A program made the translations under genes and the position numbers. This document shows positions 30,734-43,604 of a stretch of DNA of 64,000 bases, piece after piece. The DNA is from Anthoceros angustus (lineage: Eukaryota; Plantae; Anthocerotophyta), in contig MU008174.1 of the NCBI GenBank assembly GCA_010909165.1, positions 310,001-374,000 of the forward strand. The letters are read 5' to 3'. Below the pieces are notes generated by a model. It did not search any database. It was given only the letters and a program-made list of their open reading frames with translations, and had not been told where the DNA came from. How positions within the stretch are numbered: position 1 is the first letter of the stretch; the number at the start of each line of letters is the position of its first letter.

Positions 30734-31908
30734 TGTTACAAGCTATGATCTCAGCTTGTGTATACTAGAATGGCATGCTAGAATTGATAAGCTTGCTAGG
30801 CTTAGTGTGCTAGGCAATGCTAGGCCGTGCTAGGCTTGCTAGGTGACGGTAGGCGATGATAGCTCTTTAAGCAAGTAGGCAAGGGACCCTCTAAAGTGTG
30901 CCCAAGGCTTGAGGCCAAGGGAGGGGCCCAAATCCAAAGAAGAGGCCTAAGTCCCAAGGCTTGAGGCCTAGAGAGGGACTAAAACCAAAGGAGAGGCCCA
31001 AGTCCCAAGGCTTGAGGCCAGGAGAAGGGGATCCAAGGCACAAGAAGAAGAAAAAGAAGCCCAAGTCCAAGGAGAGGAATGAAGCCTCCACAAGGGAGTT
31101 TGGCCTTTTAAGGCCAACCAACCAAGGGAGAGCTAAGAGTATTTTACTCTTGGGCCGGATTTCAAGGGATAAGGGAGGAGAGGATAGCAATGGGTATGTT
31201 ATCAATCCGTTTGCTTTCGCTATCTGTTCAAAACTCCAAGGATAGCAATGGGTTTGTTATCAATCCATTTGTTTTCGTTATCTGTTCAAAACTTCAAGTT
31301 AGTTAGCACCCATCTAGGTACTAATCCACCCAAAGGGTGTTTATCCGTAGAGTTCTTATGCATGAGCTATCCAACTCACCCGTCTCAACCTTTTACACTC
31401 TATAGGGTCAAGAGTATTTTACTCTTGGGCGGTTCAAGGATAAGGGAGAAACAAGAGTATTTTACTCTTGGGCCGGTTCAAGGGATAAGGATAGCAATGG
31501 GTATGTTATCAATCCATTGTTTTGATTTCACTTTCTGTCAAAACTTCAAGTTAGTTAGCACCCATCTAGGTACTAATCCACCCAAAGGGTGTTTATCCGT
31601 AGAGTTCTTATGCATGAGCTATCCAACTCACCCGTCTCAACCTTTTACACTCTATAGGGGCTGAAGAGTATTTGTATGCAGTTTAGACACGCATAGATAC
31701 TTAGAGGTTTCACTAATCACGATCTAAGCAAGCAGAGTGTGTTAACCTTGATTGAGGTTTGTGACTTAGCTACTAACCACCTGGACAATGGTTTAGCATT
31801 GGAAACAAGATACTCCTCATCCGATGAGCTATCAGAGCTGAGGACTATAGGCTGCAAACACACTCGATCCGGACGGAGCTACCAACCAGCGAGTCCATCG
31901 AGCGAATT

Positions 31909-34247
31909 CGAAGTCCCGACCAAGAGAGAGAAGTATGAACACCTCGATTTTGGTACCAGCGAAGGACGTGTAGGAACCCAGCGACTCAATCAACAATCTT
32001 TGAAGATCTGTGAGTGGCAACACACAAGACACGCTTTGTCGCCGGACAACTCGGTGAGCGGCGTGAGGACTTGTCTTTAGGAGTTGTCAAGATGGGAGGA
32101 GACAAGGATCGAATGGAGTTGTTCACGTGACGATCGGTCACCTTGTCATTGGAGGACTTCATCGAGAAGTACGGTGCAGTGTGTGCGGAGATGGAATTGA
32201 AGACCGGATACACGAAGCGATATAGCTTCATCTAAATGCTGAAGTACTTGGGGGATGAAGCATTGGCGTGCTATCGAGAGCACAAGGCGAGGTTGTTGAG
32301 TGACACATCCGAGGACCAGAGTAGCGATTCGAGCTCAGAGGAACCAGACACAATCAACAATCTTTGAAGATCATGAGTGCGAGCATGCATGAAGGTGCAA
32401 CAAGCGGTGCACATGGAGTGGCAAGTGGGCAAGATCCCATCGAAGAGATATTTGATATCTTCTGGCTGGAGTTTCATGCAAGCACGGATGAGAAGATCTT
32501 CGAGCTGACACACTTCAAGCTAAAGTCAGGCGAGACTGCGAAGATGGCTTACCGAAGAATCGACCAGTTGGTATATGACACCAAGATCATGAGTGACCGA
32601 CTGGCTGCAGAGAAGTACTTGCAGGCATTGCCATATGCGCTGCGCATGAAGGTCAACAAGCGGTGCACAATACGAAGGGGCAACACTACACCCTCAAGGA
32701 AGTGTATGAGATGGCTGACAAGATAGGGCCCGCTAACACTTTCTCTTATGCTGTTGCAAGTGATCACTCCAGCACAAGTAGGAGTGGTGGACGACATGAC
32801 CGACACGGAGGTCAGAGTGGAGGAGCTCAGTGAGACAAGCCAGCCCACACAGCCCAAGTGACGATCCCCTACGTGAGGTGCCAAGGGATGGACCATTCCC
32901 CTCATGAGCGCGAGCATGCATTCGGAGGAGTCAAGGATGAGGAGCCGTGCCCTAGCTGTGGGAGGTACGGGCACAATGAAGCGGCATGTTGGGAGAAGCA
33001 TCCGGAATTGCGGCCTACGGGTTACCGAGCAGCAATCTCGGCCAATGCATCTGTGTCAACCTCGTCCACAAAATCAGCGAAGAGCAAAGGCACCGTGGAG
33101 GAGGCATCGGCGAAGTCCCGACCAAGAGAGAGAAGTATGAACACCTCGATTTTGGTACCGAAGGGCGGAGGAACCCGACTCAATCAACAATCTTTGAAGA
33201 TCATGGTGGCAACACACAAGACACGCTTGGTCACGACAACTGGAAACGAAGCAAGAGGACTTGTCTCTTGGAGTCGTCAAGATGGGAGGAGACAAGGATC
33301 GAATGGAGTTGTTCACGATCGGTCACCTTGTCATTGGAGGACTTCATCGAGAAGTACGTGCGCGGAGATGGAATTGAAGACCGGATAAGCGATATAGCTT
33401 CATCTAAATGTCAAGTACTTGGGGATGAAGCATTGGCGTGCTATCGAGCACAAGGCGAGGTTGTTGAGCACATCCGAGGACCACCGAGTAGCGATTCGAG
33501 CTCGTGAGGTGCCAAGGATGGACCATTCCCTCATGAGTGCGAGCATGCATGAAGGTGCAACAAGCGGTGCACATGGGCACCAAGTGGGCAAGATCCCATC
33601 AAGAGATATTTGATATCTTCCGCTGGAGTTTCATGCACGGATGAGAAGATCTCGGTGACACACTTCAAGCTAAAGTCGAGATGCCAAGATGGCTTATCAA
33701 GAATCGACCGGTTGGTATATGACACCAAGATCATGAGTGACCGATCCGCAGAGAAGTACTTGCAGCATTGCCATATGCGCTGCGCATGAAGGTGCAACAA
33801 GCGGTGCACAATACGAAGGGCAACACTACACCCTCAAGGAAGTGTATGAGATGGGCGACAAGATAGGGGGCACACTTTCTCTTATCTTGTTGCAAGTGAT
33901 CACTCCAAAGACAAGTAGGAGTGGTGGACGACATGACCGACGCGGAGGTCGAGTGGAGGAGCTCGTGAGACAAGCCACGCCCAAGTGACGATCCCCTACG
34001 TGAGGTGCCAAGGGATGGACCATTCCCCTCATGAGCGCGAGCATGCATTCGGAGGAGTCAAGGATGAGGAGCCGTGCCCTAGCTGTGGGAGGTACGGGCA
34101 CAATGAAGCGGCATGTTGGGAGAAGCATCCGGAATTGCGGCCTACGGGTTACCGAGCAGCAATCTCGGCCAATGCATCTGTGTCAACCTCGTCCACAAAA
34201 TCAGCGAAGAGCAAAGGCACCGTGGAGGAGGCATCGGCGAAGTCCCG
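31909..34247 (+). repeat. Tandem duplication (~1.15-1.2 kb) of the gag region
   Basis: cgaagtcccgaccaagagagagaagtatgaacacctcg at ~31909 and ~33111; zinc-knuckle ORFs at 32858 and 33985 are identical over ~88 aa. Confidence 0.85.
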
Positions 34248-35664
34248 TAGACAGAAGAAACGGAAAGCATCAAAGAAAACTATGGACAGCTACGTGGCAC
34301 GCTTTGCAAAGCTGGAGAAGTTAGTGCGGAAGGCGAAGATCAAGGAGAGCAGCAGTTCATCATCAGAGGACGACGAAGATGAGCATAAGCATGGATACAT
34401 GGCAACAGTGACCAGATCCAAGGGCAAGGGGAAGAAACCTTTGGCAGCTATGAGAGAAGATAGCTCAGAGGAAGAAGAGGATGTCTTGACACCTGCAATG
34501 CGAAGGACGCGGAAGGAAGCTTTGGGATCCTCTTCCTGAACCTATGCCAAGATGCCAAAGTGGTTTGAGCCATTGCCAACAGGAGCAACTGTGGGAGCAA
34601 CATCAAAGTCCAGAGTGGGCAATGTGGAGGAATCCATGCGCAGACTGCTAACAGAGACGATGGCACAAAGGCTTAAGAAGATGCCATGTTTCAGCCTACA
34701 AGACATGGGGCTGAGCGTGAAGGAAGTCAGGGGTTTGATTCGGCGGATGTTGACAACCATTAAAGACAAAGCAAGTGTCCACTATGTGACACAACAAGTA
34801 GCAGTGATGTCATTGCTAACCTCGGAGCCAAGCATCTCTGTGGAGAAGCGAAATGCTGCACGAGTGGGGGTGGCTTTGGTCAACAATCGGGAGAGACACA
34901 TTGAAATCAATGGATTCGCACCCAGGAGGATGTTGATTGACACCGGAGCAAAGCCGGTGATCGTTGGAAGAAGAGTGAAGGAAGCGTTGGGTCTCCACCA
35001 AGAAAGGTTGATGAAAACCAAGTGGAAGATCCAGACCGCAGCCGGGACCACAGAGCATGTGTTGGGGGTAACAAGGTACAAGCTGAAGGTTTCATTCAAA
35101 CCAAGAACAGCTAACTTCACCTTTGTCGAGGTACGCTGCTTGGTCACTGATGCAGACACATGTGATGTCTTGCTAGGAGCGGACGCTTTGTACAAATCTG
35201 GAGTCAATGTGGATTTGTGGACGGAGATAATCTACTATCGACTAGGCTGAAGAAGCTAGAGCAAAACGGATGAATGGATTGCTCGCATCCCTCTGCAGCT
35301 GCATGACAAGGATCATGAGAACCTCATTGCCAAAAGTGTCTACCCAGTGTTTGGGGCCGTGGTGACGGACACGACATACTTGCTTGAACCTCTTGGGGTG
35401 TGTCTAACAAACGCAGTTGACCTAAGATAGGATTTTGACGAGGAGGAGGAAGACAAGCTAGGGTCACAACCACCCTCAAAGAAAGTTCTTCAAGTCAGTT
35501 GGACGGAGTTGGCGACTACAGCAATGAGCCGTGCAAAAGTGGTGGAGGATAGTGCAAGAGGACCAGTGTCCTATCAGCCGAAGAACTACTGTAAGTTCTT
35601 GCCTAGGGCTGAGCCTGTTTGTGACCTAAACACCCAGGTGATCACATGGCGACCTAGGGAAGAC

Positions 35665-35952
35665 GGCATAGTGCTGGTGGAACTCTTTGGAGGCATCAGT
35701 GCCTGCTTGGAAGCAATGCTGAAATGTGGCATCAAAGTACGAAGATACGTGCATTGTGACCCAGATCCGAAAGCAAGGATTGTGTCATAGAAGTGCGTGA
35801 GGGACTTGATGGGGGAGTACCCTAACCTCCAGACGTGCGAGTCAGTGAAGGGTTACCAAAAAGTGCTGCCGACAGATGTTCGCATGATAGGGTTGTCCCA
35901 TTTGAGTTGTCTTGGGCAACCAGTAGACCTTGTCATCACAGGTTAGGAGTGT
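35665..35952 (+). pseudogene. Retrotransposon-borne C5 cytosine methyltransferase, N-terminal half (motifs I-IV)
   Basis: Motif I ELFGGI, motif II acidic residue (HCD), motif III PTDV, motif IV DLVITG(W>*)EC with the catalytic Cys. In-frame TAG stops at 35788 and 35944. Confidence 0.78.
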
Positions 35953-36689
35953 CTCCACATTGTACAAAAAAGACACATGCATTCCATGTTATGTATTGAC
36001 TAACGCGATGTTATAGGAGGTGCTCGATGTTGGTATCCATGGAGCCGAAAGGGTTGATTCTCAATTCCTAAGAAATCTGGATGATGTCTGAAAGAATACT
36101 AAGAAGGCACGTCTCGTGGCACCTGCGCTTGACGCACCCATTACATCGTGCTTGCCACAAGCGTTGCCTGAGGGTAATTTCTGCCATATCAACTCTATGC
36201 ATGTGCACCAGATTCATTGTCACAATTGCATATTCCAAGTGCTATTCACTGTTTTGCAGTTGTATGCCTTTGGATGTTAGGTGGCTCAAAATTGGACTAC
36301 ATGGGCAATTTCACACGAAGCTGATGTATCAGTCGCTACTACAAGAATGTGGATAAGTGGGTTGCTTAAGCTGAGATGACAATGATGATCTTTGCTTGCA
36401 GGTCGAGGCTAGGAGGAAGATGGAGGACACAATAGTCTCCACGAATCCCTTGATATATGCCTCCCACTCCTCGGAACTTGAATTTGTATTGTGTGATGGG
36501 AGGCAGTCCTGGTGGGCAGAGGATAATCGGAGATTGTGCACGTCCATCCAACTCCAGGGTTGTGCGCGGGTTGTGTTCTGCAGATGCAGACATCATAAGG
36601 GTTGGCAGCCCTGTAGATTACGACGTTGATGCGTTCGAGATAACACCTACGACATGTAATGCATCTCTTATCATGCAAAGCTGCTATTG

Positions 36690-37640
36690 GAGACTTTGCA
36701 AACGGACAAGAATGTTTTTCCGATTCAGAACACACACGCCGCAGGTGTGTCTTTGAAGAAAAGGAAAGGAGACACTGTGATGGCAGATTTGAGGAACCCA
36801 TGCTGCAACAAGTTGTGCCTGCCTATGCTGTCCCAGGATGGTCTTTAGGAGCAAAGGACTAGGTTTTTGAGGATGGGAAGGCTGGAGCACGAGACATTCC
36901 TTCAATCTCTTCTTAGACTGGATGTGAATGCGAAAGCTAAAGATAAGGTTATCAACTACATTATGGGTGGACAAAATGGAAAAAGAAATTCATAGATTGG
37001 TTGAACTTGCTCAAACCAAACGAAAAAGAAATGATCCTCGAGGAGCAAGAAGTTTGTTGCTTGAAGCACAAGAACGTTATCCAGGGTCAAATAATAATAC
37101 TTATATACTTGCAATCGTGGAGGTTGAATTTGCAGCAATGGAAAACAAGTTATCACCATGTGGTTCACCTCCTGTATATAATTGATATTATCTTCTTCAA
37201 GTCAAGCCAGATGCAGATGTAGATATTATAACTAGAAGATATAAGGAATTGGCTTTACCTATGAGGTGTTGTCTGAAAGCATTTCGCAGGGTTTAGTGCA
37301 TAGGCTCTGCATGGTATGAGAAGTTGAAGAACAAGGTATTGCTAAATGCACCATAGGATGGGGCCAAGTCAAATCCTCGCGTGCAATCCTCACATGCTTT
37401 AGGCACAATCGCGTGGATGGACTCAACATTTCTATTAATGGCAGAAAGGTTGCCCAACATTGAAGTGTACAAACTTCCAAACACCTTCACAAAACTTGAG
37501 GTGTGGATTCAATGCAAGCAGGATATGGAGCAAGCAAGGTTGCGTTTTGTGTCTTATGCCTATTTCCTCAGGCTATGGATAGAAAACTTTAAGAGGGTGA
37601 AAATTCTTAACTCTAAGAGTTTAAGAAAACTTTAAGAGGG
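36690..37640 (+). mobile_element. Degenerate DNA transposase fragment (Sola-like/Cys-rich type), interrupted by a host gene fragment
   Basis: NPCCNKLCLPML...RTRF...ETFL...NYIMGGQ-[insert]-RCCLKAF...AWM...ERLP...LP...K.EV...VSYAYFLRLW.ENF..VKI. Confidence 0.5.
36976..37260 (+). pseudogene. Captured 5' fragment of a plant J-domain (DnaJ) protein gene
   Basis: MEKEIHRLVELAQTK...D.RGARSLLLEAQ..YP...ILAIVEV..AA...N*YYLLQVKPDADVDIITRRYKELAL; truncated before HPD. Confidence 0.7.
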
Positions 37641-37825
37641 TGAAGATTCTTAACTCTAAGAGTTTAAGAATTTTCCACATGTGCATTATGCGCGGGGCTG
37701 AAGTACAACATCCGGAGTACAAATCATCAAATTGATCAACTTAGGCCGCCATACGGTACCATGTCCTTTGTTTTCTTTGTGTTGGCCATCTCCTTGCGTT
37801 TTGCTGGATGTTACTACTGCATTAC

Positions 37826-38000
37826 ATGGGCGCCGGCGCCGGCACGAAGACCCATGGTAGGGCGCCGGCATGCCGGCGCCTATGGCATGAACACCCGTGG
37901 GAGGGCCCGGCATGCCGGCACCTATGGCATGAAGACCCGTGGGAGGGCGCCACCTATGGCATGAAGACCCATGGGAGGGCGCCAGCATGCCGGCGCCCAA
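37826..38000. repeat. GC-rich ~41-bp tandem repeat with palindromic cores (gccggcatgccggc), possibly TE subterminal
   Basis: About 4 copies of ggcatgaagacccgtgggagggcgccggcatgccggcgcctat. Confidence 0.75.
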
Positions 38001-39164
38001 GGCCTGCACATGAGTGGTGGTGCGATGGCATTCCGGCGTCGTAGCCTCGGAGACATAGGGCGCCTTATCAGAGTTTATTGGGGCAAAGCCTTGACGGTTT
38101 CAGGGTTGGAAAATGACACATTAATTATGGGTTCAATTATGCTCGAAATAGGGTTCAATTATGTGGGGATCTTGGGGTTTTGAAAATGATACCATGCACT
38201 AATGGGGCTGCCGTCGTGGGGATCTTGGGATTTTGAAAATGATACCAAGCACTCATGGGGCTGCCGTCAGAATGTTAGCAGTTCTTACGGCTGGCCGATT
38301 CTAAGTAGGGTTTATGGCAACTGCAGGACAACTCACTCCAAATGTGATTCGAGAACAACTTCACTGCATGGCAACCCACTTCAAATGTGATTCGGGAATA
38401 ACTCCGCACTTGAAATGTAATTCGAGAATAACTCCGACACTGACGGCCACCAGGTCATGGCCCTTGGAATGGCAATTCCCAATTAATGAGGATAAGATGA
38501 GTCTAAAACTGTTCCCACCTGCGTGACTGTATGATGCTTTCCTCGTCGATTGTTCCGAATGTGCGAAATTGGCCCCTACGTGTGGACATGCTTTGGACAG
38601 TTGAAACGAATGGAACAGAACACCAAGTCCCGCTTTGCACGGTTGTCCCCAAGCTACTAAAGAGAACACAATAGGTGTATGCCGATGTTGAGAAACCCGC
38701 ATTCGAACGCTTAAGTAAATGGCCAGACGTGACGGCAACTTACGCAACTGGCTCAGCTGAGCTGAGCTTGATTCAGAATTGGACCCCACAGATCCATCCA
38801 AAACCAGTGACAAGGCACCGTTGGACCAGTAGAGCTTATAGGGCACACTCGGTTTACATACAATTCGAAGGTGGACATTACAGACCTTCCCAAACGAGAG
38901 TCCTTCTGCCCACCTGGAAACTCCTAGCACTACATACCACAGCAACTGTCATTGAGCTTGGAAAATTGAAAACCCCTCCGAGATCCAGAACCTCATTCAA
39001 CGCGAATTTCCAAAATGCAACGAACCACAATTTCCATGATATTGGTGCCACTCAACAGCTCCAGGATCTTAAAACTCGCTTCCGTTCAAGGGCAACTTTC
39101 CTCTCTACAGGTTGAACCTCCTGGAAATTCCTCTCCGAAGGTCATATTTCCTTGGCCCTAGAGA

Positions 39165-41374
39165 TCACAGTTTCTTGACAATTTGCACTACATCCTCATC
39201 AGCCAGCTCATGTTCCTGCAGGCAAATTCGCCGACATTTAAGTCACAAGACCTAACTGCTGTTCTCAGCAGAGGTTACAACGACAGCAAACTAGAGACGG
39301 ATCTCACCTTACCAACCCTTTGAGGTTTATGTTTAGCACTGGAGCCCCAGACAAGCGAGCTGCAACACCCATGGACAAAAATAGTGTCAGCATCAGGGAG
39401 ACAACACCTGGAACCTGTGAGCAAGCACATTGGACTAAGCATCTCAAATTAAAGTTTGCAGTCAACCAGAACATAAGCTTACAATTTAAACTGCTTCACC
39501 ATGTCTTTGTGGATTCGAGTGCAAAAATCCTCAACCGTGCATTTCTTAGCAGAAAGAATAACAGGATCTTCATAATCTGGGCTCAGACCCCGAGGCTTGG
39601 TGTAGACCCGAATTAGGTCAAGATACTCCCAAATCATTTCCAACAGACCATCGAGATTCCACTCCAAATGAGCACTATGCAAAAACAACACAAGTCTCTG
39701 CCTCAATCACGTCCAGTCAAGCAAGCCGGCAACCTCAAAACAGACTTAAAGTAAAGCTGCAAGAGGAGAGAAGAATTTGCCACAAGAAGTATTTACAAAC
39801 ATAGAATACCTGACTGGACAGTAGTGAGGCAATTTATCGAGTATCTCAAGCTCCTCTAGTGTAATCTGATCAATTTTGTTGACTGCATATATGCAAGGCA
39901 TATATACTCGATTACCCTCAATAATGTCAATCAGATCATCAGCAGTTGCATCATATCGGAGAGAGATGTCAGCATTATGGATTTTGTATTCTCCACATAT
40001 GGCCTTCACAGTATCCAAGTCTAGATTAGTATTCGCTACTGTTGACGTAAGTGAGATGCCTCCCTTGTCCTTTCTCCTGAACGTCAGATTGGGCGGTTCT
40101 TGATTCAACCTGCACCAATTCGTCGTATGATTTAATCCCCCGTACGAGAAAGAAAGCTCTCACTGGCAGACAGCAGCTGCATGATGCTGCACCTGAAGAA
40201 GCAACACCTTGGATGAGGCTAGCAGAGAAATGCTGCAGCGATGCTTACAAGAGTTCACCTGATGCCAAAACCCTCGAGCTCTTTCTCTATAAGACGTTTA
40301 TGGGTGATAGGCTTGATGGCATCCAACACTATCAAAATGCAGTTGCAAGTTCGAGCTGTACTGATGACCTGTGCAAACAAAGCAGTTATTTAAGCATCTT
40401 TCATTAAAGATGTGCAAGGTAGACCCATGTCAATGACTTCCTGTCTCACCTGTCTACCTCGACCTTTGCCGTCTTTGGCTCCCTCAATGATTCCCGGAAG
40501 ATCCAACAGCTGCAAAGACATCCAGAGGCCAGGGTTTTCAAACTAAGATGGAATGCAAAACTTCAGTGTCAGGAGACAGATGTGAAGCCATGCTGAACCC
40601 AACCTGAATTTTAGATCCTCGGTATTTTATAACACCTGGGACACATGTCAGAGTTGTAAACTCATAGGCCGCAACCTGCACAACACAGCTCCAGTCAGCA
40701 TTCTCTTTCTTGAACTTCAGCATTGCACGTAGACGCAACCAGTGCTGAATTGCAACTAGCATATAAAAAAATAGAAATGCGCACACAGACCTCTGAAAAT
40801 GTACCCGTCAACTTGTTAAGAAGAGTGGACTTGCCAACCGAAGGAAAGCCCACAAGACCAACCCTAGAGTCACCGCTTTTCGTGACATCAAAGCCTTCTC
40901 CTGCTCCACCAGCTCCTTTAGACGAAGGAGGGGCTAGGATTTCTCTCCTCAATTTGGCCAATTTCGCCTGCCATTGTTCCGCACAAGAATATCAGCCAGC
41001 CATGCGAATCCAACGTCCTCTCTCTCCGGTTCCCTGACCAGTGACCTTCCTGATATCTAACAAGATACAAACGTGACAAAACGTCGTCCACGACTTGGGC
41101 ATCGCTGATCACCTTCAGAAGACCTAAATGATGAGCTGTGGCCTTGTTTTTCTGCGTCCTTGCCATCTGTACCCAAAAAAAGCAGATAAGAAGCTTAAAT
41201 TCCATCACCTCCAGCTGCGATATCAGCTGGATTGCCATGAATAATGCACCATCCCACTGCCACGCATGACATTGCCAGTTCCTGAGCTCGCAGCGATTGT
41301 GACAAACATAAACTTGCGACCAACCCAAGTACCTCATCCTCAATATCCTTGATCTTCTGCATGACGGTCGCCAT
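39165..41374 (-). CDS. DRG: Developmentally regulated GTP-binding protein (DRG1/Rbg1 type)
   Basis: [56 protein letters not shown], and a TGS domain ending [11 protein letters not shown]. Confidence 0.95.
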
Positions 41375-42101
41375 GGTCGCTGTTACCCTTGCAAACCCAC
41401 CTCTTGGACTTCCGCAGCACCGCCCCCAAAATGCAGCAACAAAATAGGAACTCCTGCCCTACACTAAAATTCTCAAACCACGGTCTATACCCCGAAGGCT
41501 CGCCGCTCAGAAGTTACCAATTCAGGACGGTCCAAGCACCCTCCAAACCCGTACTCGCTGAGTCCTGTCCATCAGTGTCCCGGAAATCCAACACGTCTCC
41601 ACGATCCACAGCCTCCCCCAATCTACACAACCAAAACTTTCCCCTCATGGACCGCCTCGGCAACCATCCCCGTGCCCCACAATCCAGCTGAGATCCGCAG
41701 AGGCTCCAAGCAAGTCTCACTCGATCTTACTCAAGCGCTCGCTCCACTGGCCCACTCGCTGTTGAGTCTCGAGATTGGATTGAGAGGAAATTTAGGTCTA
41801 AATTTCCCTTCAATCCAATCTCCAACAGGCAGAGGAAGCCCTCCCTTTAGGGCACGGTGGGAGCGGGTCGCCGTGAGGTTCCATTACGGCCCGGGAACCG
41901 TGCCTGCCCTTTCCCGCGACGCTGGTGTAAGCGCTGGACGTGGTGAATGAAGATCGATGTTGCGCAGATCACAGGGTCTCTGTCGAGCAGATCGAAGTTC
42001 ATTTCCCGCGCTTGCTGACACTATCCCAATGTTGATTGCCGCGCCGGATTTGAGAAATTGAAGGATTTGTATGTTTTCCAAGGAGATCGGTGGCGGTGGT
42101 G

Positions 42102-43150
42102 ATGGATGGTGATGGACAGGCGGGGCAATCTCGGCGCAGGGTGGGGTTTCAGGAGCCAAAGGACGATGGCGAGGGGGGAGAGCTGGCCCGGTCCTCCTCT
42201 GGCATTTCACTGGAGGCGCAGGAGGCGTTTATGGGGCTCAAGGCCAGACGCCGCTCCTCGATGAACCGTCTCTTCAAGGGAGACTATATCAACGTCGGCG
42301 CCAATGAAGCTGTCATGCGCCTGCTATTCAAGCATGGTGAGATCAATACGTGTTCGTGTAAATCATGGGTTTATCTTGTTCCTTTGTGTGGCAAGAATGA
42401 CGAGACCTATTGTCGGAGATCTGGAATGGAATAGGCGAGCAGTACTGCTGTACATCACCTCTGGTTGGATGTTTGGAATTTGTTGGGCTTGGCTAACAGC
42501 CTCGTTTTTATGTTCTACTATGTCCAGGTGACAAGGAAGTGTTCTTTGCAGACCATGTTGTGAAGATGAACCGCAAGGTCAAGATTACCAGAAGAGTACT
42601 GGTGGTTACCGATGCTGCTGTGTACCTTCTGGATGCAGAGTTCTTCGGTCTCAGGCGTAGAGTACCTTTACTGAGTATTGGGAAGCTTTTTCTCAGCGAA
42701 TTGAGCGACAATTTTTTCGCGATCATGGTCCCCAGTGAATTTGACACACTCCTGGCAAGTACTCGCAAGACTGAAATTGTGACGGCTCTTGTGGAGGCCA
42801 CCAAGAAGGTGTCCGGAGGGAAGATGCTGGAGGTTAACTTCGGGAACAGGTAGGATATGGTCACAACTGCCGTACGCAATCCAATTTTTGGGCTATGAAT
42901 ATGTACTGAAGAATCGTCTCTTGGCAGATTCCAGTATGTGGTTGATGCCGAAACTGCTGTCGAATTGGAGTTTGAGGAGGTTGAAGGTAAGCGAGACGGC
43001 AGTTCTTTTTTGTTTGCCGTAGCAGTGAATGCCGTCTTTCTTTTTTTTCCTCAGCAGATTTGTTTCTTGTTCAGACCGAGTGATTCGTTTTTCTTTATCT
43101 GTTCGCCAGGCGGAGTGAAGACCAAGTTCACTACAGACGTACCAAGATAA
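42102..43150 (+). CDS. Plant Myosin_TH1 domain protein (myosin tail homology 1)
   Basis: FMGLKARRRSSMNRLFKGDYI, FADHVVKMNR, RRVLVVTD.AVYLLD, LSELSDNFF, KTEIV; 4 exons. Confidence 0.85.
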
Positions 43151-43604
43151 GCTGAACCCTTTCGCAAACCCTCCATGCCTTCTGCATATGGCACAAGGAC
43201 TCGGACAGGTACTGGTGCGACCAAGTCCTGGAAAATGCCCTAGTTGGCGCAATCAGTGCAGACGGTCAGATCGAACTTGGCCCCCTGTGGACGGGTCCTG
43301 CAACAGTCAGGTTCAATGATGCAACAAACGCTTGGTAGACCCGATGCAGCAGCAGGAGTGCAACATCTCCGTCTTCACAAGGTGAACTTGGTATTATGGT
43401 GCGGGCTTTTCACATAGAACCATCGGCTATGGTGCTGGGACGTGGCCTTGTGGCTCAACCAGCTAACCGGATGGTTTCTCTTTACTTCATGATTAGAATA
43501 AAAGAACAGAATAGAGGGTCGAAGTAACAGACTTAGAGGGTCTACGTAAGGGGCTGGCTGCTAGGAAGCGGCAAGTGCTGGCTTCCCAGTATAGGATCTC
43601 TGCC

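Larger units (their letters stand above)
30734..35952 (+). mobile_element. Truncated Ty3/Gypsy-like LTR retrotransposon encoding Gag, protease and a C5 DNA methyltransferase
   Basis: Putative LTR 30734 (TGTTAC) to ~31787 (ACA). Gag zinc knuckle CPSCGRYGHNEAAC, protease LIDTGA...DVLLGAD, then in the same frame VLVELFGGI...CDPD...LPTDV...VDLVITG*EC. No RT or integrase remains, so the Gypsy assignment is inferred. Confidence 0.8.

Noticed and set aside
31788-31805. Primer-binding site (tggtttagcattgg) after the putative LTR
   Set aside because: It starts with TGG but I could not match it to a specific tRNA 3' end.
35665-35952. Host DRM-type methyltransferase pseudogene
   Set aside because: Motifs run I to IV (not the permuted DRM order), there are no introns, and the segment is in frame with a retropepsin.
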